DNA of 64,000 nucleotides from Mytilus trossulus (Eukaryota): NCBI RefSeq assembly GCF_036588685.1, contig NC_086373.1, positions 92,690,001 to 92,754,000 on the forward strand. Reading direction: 5' to 3'. The notes beneath the pieces are model-generated. The model made no database searches. It was not told the DNA's origin and saw only the letters and a list, made by a program, of their open reading frames with translations. Positions 41,501 through 53,500 of the stretch are shown in pieces. Numbering within the stretch: position 1 is the first letter of the stretch; every line of letters starts with the position of its first letter. The position numbers were made by a program, and so were the translations under genes.

Positions 41501-44500
41501 TTTTTAAACCCAAAGTGAACAACAGCAATTTTTTTTATTTACGATTGTTTGAATCTATAACAGACAAGAAAATTCAAATGCAATTAGTTATTTTGTACTC
41601 CTTCAAAATCCAAATAAAAGTAAAGGAAAAATTCCTCATCTCAAATATATAAAAATGTAGTAGCTAGACCACAAAGAATGAAAACTTTTTGTCATTAGGA
41701 ATCAATATCAAGTTGGTGATAAATATATAATGTATACTACAGGATATTTATTTGTCACTTGAATTTGCTATAATCTTGTTATATTTGTGGAAGCTTACCT
41801 TATACTTCTATACCGTCAAAACTTTCAGTGTAAATTTAAACAAATCTCAACCAATGTTTGCTTTCTCTGATAAAGTCAATACAACCATAGAAAGAAAGTT
41901 TAAACTGAATGTTAGATTATACTTAGATAGATTGATTTTTATTGATATATTGTTTTTTAGGTCCCGAAACATTTAAATTTGGCAAAAATTAATATCTAAC
42001 CAAATACATTGTTTATTTTATTTTTGTTCACTACCAATGCACTCAGTGTGACTGTGACTGATCGGATTTGAACTGTACCACTTTTTGGGATTAAGTGAAA
42101 GAAATTTTAAGATCCTTAGTTTCATGATAAGCAGTTCACTATTTTACAAAATCCTATATTGCCAGTGCATTTTATTAATAGTATAAATGAAATTGGAAAA
42201 ATATATGCTATACCAAAAACTGGAATAATTTTTTGAAATTTTAATTTCAATCCTTTAACATAGATCCATGTTGAAATCATCAGCTATTTATATATACATA
42301 TATATATATTCTCTACCAAGAAATTTGTTTTGCATGCACGATTATAAAAATAAACGCCTTTAAAGTGTACAAAACAACAACAATAATATTTATATATGTG
42401 TGTGTTGACCTTAAATAAGTGTGAACAAACAAAAAAAGAGTTTGGAATACAACAACAACTCTTAAACAATAAAACCTGAAAACATATAGTCATCAACAAA
42501 CAACAAGTATTTATACCATCTATCAAGGTCTAAGTTATTTCCAATCTAGAAAATTTATTAACAGACTGCTAAAAATACTTATAAGGTCTGACTTGGATCA
42601 GTCACATTAGTTTGTGGTAGGATAAAGCTAATTTTACGAGAAACCCATTCACCCCCATTTTTGTCGAGCTTTCAGTGGCCGCTGCCACAAATGTTCACTC
42701 TGTGATTAAAGTTTTTGAAATTTGAATAACTTTCTTAACTTTAATGGATTTCTACTAAACTTGGACAGAAGTTTGTTTATGATCATAAGATAGTATCCAG
42801 AAGTAAATTTTGTATAAAAAAATAAATCATTTTTGTCGAACCTGCAACATTTGTTGCAGAAAGCTCGACATAGGGATAGTGATCCGGCGGCGACGCGTTA
42901 GCTAACTTCTTAAAAACTTTATATTTTAGAAGGTGAAAGACCTGGATGCTTTAATACTTTGTATATAGATGCCTCATGTTAAGAAGTTTCCGTCGGTCAC
43001 ATGTCCAATGTCCTTGACCTCATTTTCATGGTTCAGTGACCACTTGAAAAAAAAGTTCAAATTTTTTGTAATGTTGAATTCACTCTTATTATAAGTAACA
43101 GGATAACTATATTTGGTATGTGCGTACCTTGCAAGGTCCTCATGCCTGTCAGACAGTTTTCGCTTGACTTCCACCTCATTTCATGGATCAGTGAACAAGG
43201 TTAAGTTTTGGTGGTCAAGTCCATATCTCAGATACTAAAGGCAATAGGGCTAGTATATTCGGTGTATGGAAGGACTATAAGGTGAACATGTCCAACTGGC
43301 AGGTGTCATCTGACCTTGACCTCATATTCATGGTTCAGTATTTATAGTTCAGTTTTTGTTTTTCGGTCTGTTTTTCTTATACTTTATGCAAGAGGTCTAC
43401 TATATTTGTTGTATGGAATGATTGTAAGGTGTTCATGTCTTGGGTGCTGATGTCATTTGACCTTGACCTCATTTTCATGGTCCATTGGTCAAAGTTAAGT
43501 TTTTGAGTTTTTGGTCTTTTTATCTAATACTTTATGCCAAAGGGCAACTATATTTGGTGTATGGAAATATTTTATGATCTATGTCAGTTGCACAGGTTTT
43601 ATTTGACCTTGACATCATTTTCACGGTCAATACTCAGTGTTTAGTATTTGTGTTTTGGTCTATTTTTCTTAAACTATGAGTAATAGGTCAACTATATTTG
43701 TTTTATGGAAGCTTAGTTAGCTGTACATGTCTGCCTGGCATGGTTTATCTGACCTTGACCTTTTTTTCATGGTTCATTAGTCTTTTTTTTAGTTATCTTG
43801 GTTAATGTGAAGTTTATGTGACAGTTTTAATAGAGCTTTATATTTAGGACTATCAACATAATATCAATGATTAGTAAAAAAGGCGAGACATTTCAGCGTG
43901 TGCACTCTTGTTTTCTGTATTTTAACTTTTAAATGGACCTAGATTTTCTGTCAGGAAACAACACATGCACTCTGTGGTTAAAGTTTTTAAAATTTTAATA
44001 ACTTTCTTATACTATTTTTGATTTGTACTAAACTTAAACAGAAGCCTGTTTAACAGCTAGAATCTAGAAGGATTTTTTTTTTAAATTTTACCTGTTTATC
44101 TGTATTTTACTTTAACTGGACCTAGTTTTTATTCCAATTAACATTACATACAGTCTGTAGTTGAAGTTTTTAAATCATTTATAAGATTCATAAACTATCC
44201 TGGATTTTTATCAAACTTGGACAGAAGCTTTTTACAATCAAGATATGGTATCAAGAGAAAAAATTTTATTGATTTTTTTCCTCATTTTTGTTGAGCCTGT
44301 GATTTGCAGCCAAAGTAGGCGAAGACACTGGGTTCCACGGAACTCTTACATATATTTTAGTACACCTGGCCCAAATTGGGACTTGGATGGAGAGTTGTCT
44401 CATTGTCACTCATATCATATCTTCTCATATCTAAGTTTATGTTTATCTCAATACATGTAATGCAAAACAAATGATTTACAACAACAATATAACTATAACC

Positions 44501-47500
44501 TGTTTCATGGAGTGTCAAGCTTGTTTGGATTCAGGTTATTGTGAAATAAAAAAAATAATATTGAATGACTTACATCTACCAAAACTATTAAAGCCACAGT
44601 ACAAATGTATGATGGTAAATGTTTAGTCCAATTTCTATTTTATAAACTTTAAATATACTCATTCATTTGTTTTCTCTGTAGATTAACACTATAACAGAAA
44701 ATTTAGATTTAGCAGACAACTACTTAGAATCTGAAGGTGCTAGATATGTAGCTCGAATGCTGAAAGACAACATGTTTATTGTCTCATTAGTAAGTATTTA
44801 GTCTTCTATTTAGTACAGGCTTTTTGCTTCCATTGGTTTATCTCATAATATTTTTTTTTAATTGATTGAATTTCCTTTTCTGTGAAAAGTAATAAATCTT
44901 TAAAAAAAATTAATTGGAATTTCTCGTATTTAAAGAATACCATTTCTCACCCTGGTATTACATTTCTATTCATTAAAATATCTTCAATGGACTGATATAT
45001 ATATCCCTATACTCTATTGACTGGGTTAGACAACATTTTCTTTTTGCAGCATTGTTTTCAGGAAAGGTAAAAACGAAAACTGTAAAACAGAAAATGACAA
45101 AGTATAAACACTTTCCTAACAGTGATTTAATGACATATTACCTTTTTTTTCAGGATATCTCCAATAATTTTATTCAGCGAGCAGGAGTAGCAGCTTTAGG
45201 AGACATGTTAGAATACAACACTACACTCAAAACTTTAGCCATAGCAGGTAAACTATGTCATAAGGTAAAACAGAATGCTGTGGATTTATTATTTATCTGA
45301 CATCGGATACTAATTTTTGTAGGTTTAGTGGGTACAGGTGAACCACAAATTAAAATTTTCAACAAATTCCAAAGTTCTTTAGAGTTGTATCCAGACTTTT
45401 GCAGAACCATGAAATCACATATCCATAAAATGCAAGGTTTCTGCAATCCACGAAAATTGGAACCCATGAAAATAGATGAATCCACAGTGTTTCAGTATTT
45501 TGAAAATTGAGGTTATCTATCTTTTCATAAATTTTCTCTACTGGTCCTCATTGTCAACAATTTTTAGTAATGAAATCTAGCAGACAAAAGCTGTATCTGT
45601 TGTATAGATGTTTTCAAGTTAAGTGGAATTTGTGTCACTGAATTGAGAATATTAAGTGGAAGGACAATGTACTATATCAGAATTGTAAAGTGAAAAATGA
45701 GTGCTTAAGCTTCTTCAAATTATTCTACTGAAGATTTGCCTTTATAAATTATGCCATACCGGTATACAAATTAACAAGCTGGTAACCCATTTTTGGTTTA
45801 TGATACTTCACCAATGTCTGTTGTTTTGAAGATTTCTGTTGATGTCAATAATATATTATAATGTACAAGCACATAGAAAAAAAAGAAAGAATGATTAAAG
45901 TGAAGTTTGAACTTTGATTTCTGTGAACATGTTTCAGTATATTTATTTGACAGGAAATCAGTTAACAGATGTGGATGCCTGGCACTTGGTTGAACCTTTG
46001 AAGACTAATACATCACTGACATCTTTAGATCTTAGTAATAATAATTTTGGAGAATTGGGAGGAATTTATCTTGGAGGAGCCCTTGTAAGTAAATGAAGAG
46101 GTCTTCTCAGTAAAAAAAGAACTGTATTTGATTATAAGTCATTGTTCAACTAGGAACAGCAAATAAATACTTTCCTTATCTGTTTATAACTTACAAACAG
46201 CTACGTACGAAAACAGGTATCCAGCTCTGATTATTGTGTGATAAGAGTTATTCCCCTTACTTTTGTACCAGTTTGTTGTATTGAAGAGCAGCAGGAATAT
46301 ACTTTGATACACAAATATTTCTAGCTATTGGTACATGTTGTATGATTCTGCCCTAGTAGATAACTTTTAGAAATTTTGTGTATTTTATTTTTCAGGCATT
46401 GAATGAAGGCTTATTGGATTTAGATCTAAGTTGGAATTCACTACGCAATAAAGGTGCTGAAACTATTGCAAATGCTTTAATTGTAAGTAAACTATAGATT
46501 GATTTATTACTGTACCTATCATGCAGTTTTAATTTTTTTTATGCACCATCTAGGGACATTATGCTTTTTGGTTTGTACGCCCGTTTGATTGTTCGACCGT
46601 TTGTCCCTCTGTCAGAGTCTGTTTTGCTTCAGGTTAAAGTTTTTGGTCAAGGTAGTTTTTATAAAATAAGGAGCCAGTGTGAAGAACTATTTTTTAATAG
46701 ACCGGGTCTTTATCTATTTGCTTAAACATGAGATTTTTAATTTAATCCATGGAAAACAGACTACATGTAAATAATATATATGCCCTATTTAAAGTCTCAT
46801 AAAATTGTTTAAGATATTTCTTGATAGTGAATTATAAGTAATAATTAACAAACATATGAAAATTTTACCTGGGTTTTAGAGTTAAGAATCAACAAGGAAT
46901 TCACAAATGTATTCACAATGGAGTTTCGGCTGAAGGTATTATTTATTATTAGCTAAGTGTGAATGCTTATGGGATCATCATTGATAATAATCTTGGACAT
47001 GGACATCTTCATGATCAATAGTTAAAACATCAAAGTACATAAAACTTTTAACTTGTCTTAAAAAAGTGAGTTGCATTGTGTGATGTCTTTGATAACTCTT
47101 TTACAACATCAACAATGATACAGTAACCATCCTAATTCGCACATATGTTTTTATTTGATGTTGAGTTTTTCATAGGCTTATTATTTAAAAAAATTAAACG
47201 ACTGCTTAACTGAATGTTAAACAAGTAAGAAATTCTATCAGCTGTAAATATGGACAAAAACTTGTGTCATGTGGTTAGTCACTATTACCACCTTTAATAA
47301 AAAGTTATATTTTTTTTTATGTTTTATTTTTTATGCCCCACCGACAATAATGCCCCACCTACGATAGTAGAGGGGCATTATGTTTTCTGGTCTGTGCCTC
47401 CGTTTGTCCCTTCATTCGTCTTTTCGTCCTGCTTCAGGTTAAAGTTTTTGGTCAAGGTAGTTTTTGATGAAGCTGAAGTCCAATCAACTTGAAACTAAGT

Positions 47501-50500
47501 ACACTTGTTGCTTATGATATGATCTTTCTAATTTTAAACCCAAATTAAACTTTTGACCCCAATTTCACAGTCCAATGAACATAGAAATTGAAAGTGGGAG
47601 TTTCAGGTTCAAGTTTTTGGTCAAGGTAGTTTTTGATGAAGTTAAAGTCCAAACAACTTGAAACTTAGTGCACATGTTTCCTATGACATGATCTTTCTAA
47701 TTTTAATGCCAAATTAGATTTTTTTACCCAATTTCACGGTCCATTGAACATGGAAAATGATAGTGCGAGTGGGGCATCCGTGTACTTAGGACACATTCTT
47801 GTTATTTACTATATTACTGCAGTAATTCATGTCTGCAATGGATCTTAAAATTGTTGGACTTCAGATTGACAAAAAGTCTTCATATCATAGAAATTTTTTG
47901 GCTTAAAATGCCATAAATGAAAAAGTCTGTGAAACTGTTACTTTGTCACTGGCATCTACAAAATGTGAAGTGATAGGTATTCCCAATGTCAAACAAAAAC
48001 ACTAGATGTTTTTATACTTTTTGTATGCTTTGAATGGTTAAACATTGACAAAAGAAGATTTTGAGGCAAAAAATTGGGATTCAAAATGGCACAGTTTCTT
48101 AGATAAGGACTGGTAGAATGTGGAATCTGACCCTTCAAAATATTTGTCAACTTACAACAAAAGTTATTGTTCTAAATGTTTGTTACAGGTTAACATATGG
48201 TACTATAACAAGTTAAACCTATCTACATGATTATGTGCCTCTCCAGGTGCTGATACAGCTATTCTTTTAAAAACTTAAAAAGGAGAGTTCCAACCATATG
48301 TTCTGTTACAAAAGCATTAGTTGTCAAACAAAAAGGGGTTAGGAGAACGCGCCGCCCCTTGATAGTCACCTGGATATTGGTGAAGCCAGAATTTTTTCCT
48401 TAAGGTATCTGTTGTTTTTTTTTGTTTAATTGTGTTGCTACTTCATTTTACAAATACCCACAATCTTTTCTATTCATATGTTCTTTTTTTAGTAACTGTT
48501 AGATTTCATGAATAATTTGTAAATTAATTTCCAGAAAAATGAAACTTTAGAAGTATTAGATGTATCCTGGAATGGTTTTGGTGAGAGGGGTATGACAGAA
48601 ATGCAGAATTCTTTGAAAATAAATAAGAAACTTAGAGTGCTTGATCTCAGGTAAATAAGAAACTAAGAGTGCTTAATATCAGGTAAATAATGAACTCAGA
48701 GTGCTTGATCTCAGGTAAATAATGAACTCAGAGTGCTTGATCTCAGGTAAATAATGAACTCAGAGTGCTTGATCTCAGGTAAATAATGAACTCAGAGTGC
48801 TTGATCTCAGGTAAATAATGAACTCAGAGTGCTTCATCTCAGGTAAATAATGAACTCAGAGTGCTTGATATCAGGTAAATAAGAATCTTAGAGTTCTTGA
48901 TATCAGGGAAAAAACAAAGTGAGAGTACTTGATCTCAGGTAAATAAGAAACTAAGAGTTCTTGATCTCAGATGAAATAGAAACTTACAAGTGCTTGAACT
49001 CAAGTAAATAAGAAACATAGAATGTTTGATCCCAGGAAATCATTTAAACCGTTGTTATCTGATTTGATTTTCAAAATGTTTATAAGATATTATATAGAAT
49101 TGGAAAATTAAGAAAGAACAATTTTAAGAACTCGTCATAAGGATATAACAACATGTTTTTATTTTTTGTTTGTAGTAATAACAGAATCAACAAGAAAGCT
49201 GCCAGTCTCCTCAGTAACGGTATCAAATATAATACAGGGTTAGAATCATTGATAGTAAGTCATATTAGATCATTACAGAAAATAGAATGACGGTATTTTT
49301 GTGGCTGACTATTGTTGAAACAGATATTTAATGTAGTACAATGTACCTCCAAAAATAGATGGTAAATATTTCATTTCAAAGTTAATGCATTTCTGTTCTT
49401 TGCTTGAATTGTTGTCTCTCTGAAATATTTTCTATTTTCATTCTTAATTTTATTAAAGGTTTAATCTGTAAGTGGATCACCATAATATAGCTAATAGTGT
49501 TGAAAGTGCTGTTAAACACAAACAATCTATCTATATCATACACAGCAAGTAAATGGCAGATACTCCAAAACTGTCTTAAAAATCATGGCATATTATAAAT
49601 ATGGAACTTATTAATTCCATATGTTGCAAAAATGTATTTTTAAATCATTAAACTCACAACAAAATTCATCTTTATTTGCTTGATTTGTATTTTCAGTTAA
49701 ATTTAAATCCAATGGGAGATGAGGGAATGGAGAGCATCATAAACATGGTTAAACTCCAGCCAACACTGAACTATGTATCTCTAGAGGTAATGTCACTGCT
49801 TAACAACGAGATATATATGTCACACATCAGACTTTTTAAGACAAAAACAATACTTGTATAATAAAAAAAACATTTTCAGTCACTGGGAAAGGGGATATAA
49901 TTCCAAAATTTAAAAAATATTATCTGAACAAAATAAATTCTATGGAACAAAAAATGTTATTTTCTTGATTAATCAAAACCTGTTCAAATGTGAGATAATA
50001 TTATGGTTACCTAGCTGATGGCATTTAACTCCAAATAAAGTCATGTATCCTTCTAGTTGGTCAAAAGAAGACTGAGTTTGTAAATGACTGACTTGCATGC
50101 TCATGTACTGGTACTTTATTCATTCATATTTATTGTAGCTGATAGAACATTTAATATATATTTTGTATCATGCCTTTTCTTTTATAAATGATAATTTTAT
50201 ATCACATATCTTTTTTTATCCTACACAGTATACAGTATATTGAGGGTGGTAAAGGGGGGTACTGAACACGGAAACACGTGAAATAAAAATCGCAAAAACG
50301 TAGCACGAAAAATAAAAATCGGGAAAAACGAAGCACGAGAAATAAAATCGTAAATATTAAGAAAAAAAGTATTAGCAGATATTACTCAGTGGTTCTTGGA
50401 GATCATGTAGACATTGTAAATGGACATAACGACCTTGTGATCACCTTTAACTGTTTAAGACGGTCTGCTACTTGCATCTGATTTGGAAAAAAATATTATC

Positions 50501-53500
50501 ATGATGGACTATAGTACATGTATACCATACCTATACAATAGAAAGTAGAATGGTAACAATATACATCATCAATTTCTATTATATTACACAAGTTTCAAAA
50601 GGTACTATAACTCACTGACTTTGAGTTAGTTCCAATTTACTTTTTAATCAAATGCGGAAAACGGCAAGAACGCATACCTGTCAACTGTCCCTCAACTGTC
50701 ACTATTTGTGGGGGATTTCCCCAATGGAGGCTCCTAAATTGAAATTTTGAAAGAGCAATTTTGTCCACTATTTAAACAAGAGAATTAAATTAACAATAAC
50801 TTTAGACTTATAAAAGTAAGAAGAAGCCAAAAATCCAATATTAAAATGTATTTGCAGGCCCCCTTGAAGGTTTTTAAGGACTAGGGCAGCCATCTTGCAT
50901 GCAAAACCCCCATGGGCATTTTGAAAAGTTGGCAGGTATGAGAACGAGAAATTAGGACCACCTACACGAAACTCGGAAAATAAACAAGGGGAAATACGAA
51001 GCACGCACATCGAACCAAACACGAGAAAACGAGAAATAAAACACCATAACACGAAAACACGTGAAATAAAAAGGCCGAAAACGTTGCACGAAAATAACCC
51101 TTTACCACCCTCTATATTATGTGGTTTATTCAATGAAAATATATAATTATTGAACAGCAAAACAGTTTATACAAATTTGAAATGAATTTGTGAAGACTTG
51201 ATAGATTTAGTTTTTATTAAAAGGAATAAAAAGTAAAATGGGAATCAATACAGAAGGTTTAACCATAGTACAATTTACTTTATATTTCTTCAGAAAGAGA
51301 GAACCTCCATTTTCTTGCTTCATCTGAGTTGTTTTTTTAATCAAAACTTTCTGTTTTTGTTAATGGAATCATATCATAAGATGAGATATTTGAGTATTAT
51401 TATGTTTTTGAAAGTAAATATAAACAAATTAAAAGTTTAAGATTGCATATTTTTGAGAAAAAATCTCTACTTAGGATTTGCAATTGTTGACAATATCAAT
51501 TGATTATGAAGGAATAAACAGTACCAATTCTGTTCATAAAAAGTGATAGTGTTTCAATTTTTAATTGCCTGCTTTCAGAATTGTGGGGTAAGTATTTATT
51601 GGCCAGGTTGTTCAGTTACAGAACAGCTTCATCACTTCATAGCATGTTTTGTGTCATGGAGGATCTCTGGTGAAGAGAATTCTGGGAAATTAATTTTAAC
51701 TTCCTCTTTCTTTGGTTTTTTTTTTCTTCATTAGTTTTCAAAAATTTAGTATCAAGCAGAACAATAGTATGCATAGATAATTCAACAGTCAGTAAATTAT
51801 GTAAGCTGATAGTTTTAACAAAATTCCATCTAATAACTTCTTTTTTGGTACCTGTTTAAAAAAAAACGTTTCATTATTCTTTCCTGCCCCAATAGAAGTA
51901 GTCTTAGTAGAATCTTGATAAAACAAAATTTAGTTATGTTCCTTTGAAAAATCTCTATATTTCAAAAAATGGTCATTGTTACAATTGCAAGTTCCTCAGG
52001 AATGGATTATGCTGAATGTTGAATGCAATTGATAATTCAGTAGCCCTTAACAGTAATACTAATGAATTGACAAATAAAAAAATGTTAGATTCCATCATTA
52101 ACCATTGTAAATAGTTCAATATTAGAACCCTATCAGTGGTTTTGATATAAAATATGTTCACCTTCATGACCTAGAGAGCAGGATGTTAAAGAATCAATTA
52201 CATAGCAGTAAAGCCTAAAAGTTTGAAATTGGTATTTACCACTTTTTCACTGCTTCTCAGCTCCAGGCACAAGATATTTTGAAGTAAGATCAAGAACTGG
52301 TGAGCCTTGAGTCATTTTATGTGTTCAAGAAAGTTAACATGTTTTATCTCCTGTTAGCTAGCCATAAAAAAGTTGACTCAATGTGTCTCACCAAGAAAAA
52401 AAGGCATGTATAACCATATCCCATTATGTTACTATCCTACTTAGTCGTGTAATGTTTCCATTCTTTATTCTAATATTTGCTGCTTGGAGCATCCAACAGC
52501 TAGTCAAGCAGTTTTAGAGGGAAGGCGGGGGTAAAATATTTATAAATTTTATTTCAATAGATATCATACAGTAAATATATTCTTGGATTCTTCAAGGTTA
52601 CATTCAGTAAATCATTTAGGTCTTATTGTAACAAAAAAACAATGTAAAGTGTAATAATCACATGTCTTGCCATTAAAATTCCATTTGCGAGGCAAAAACT
52701 ATAAGATTACAAATGCTGTGTAGGAATACAAAAGCCTACTCTAAATCCCTATATACTCTCAATAAAATATACATTTACTGTAATACTGAACACTTTTGAA
52801 AACTAACAATGATCAGGGTACATGTATTATATTACTAGCAAAAATTAAAACATAACATAAATTATATATCAACATATATATATATTCATATATATTAAGA
52901 TCTTACTTGGTCAAAAACTAATTGTTTAAGTACATAATAAGTGGAATGGGAAATATAATCTTCACCATAGATCATTACATTTGTTCATTTGGTCTGCATG
53001 TTATCTGCATGATATGTAGATTGGGTTTTAGAACCTGAGAAGTGTTGAGATATATTTCATTGTAATTATGTTGTAAAATTTATGTATATTAGTTGTGTTG
53101 TATTTGCTCTGACTAAAGGTGACCAAGCAGGGACGCGGATCATTTTCTAAGCATAAACATTGTCAAATGGACAAACGAGTGTTTACAATTCTTGCCTTGA
53201 AGTCATAAAACTTTTCGAGTCAATTTTTTGTACTCATACTCAAAAATCAACCAATCAAATTGCTGGATTCCATGTTTTAGCATGATTTTTGTGCTCCGAG
53301 CACTGAGCAAAGTTTTATGACTTCAAGGCCAGAGCTTGACATTTTTTATAAACATCTGTCTAATGTTGGATACAGTATTTTGATATCTAGATATATTTCT
53401 ATTATTTGTGTTGTTGGACTGCTGTCTCATAGGCATATACCATCATCTCTTTTTATTCACATACATATACTATGTTTGAAGACTTAATATGTTGGCTAGT

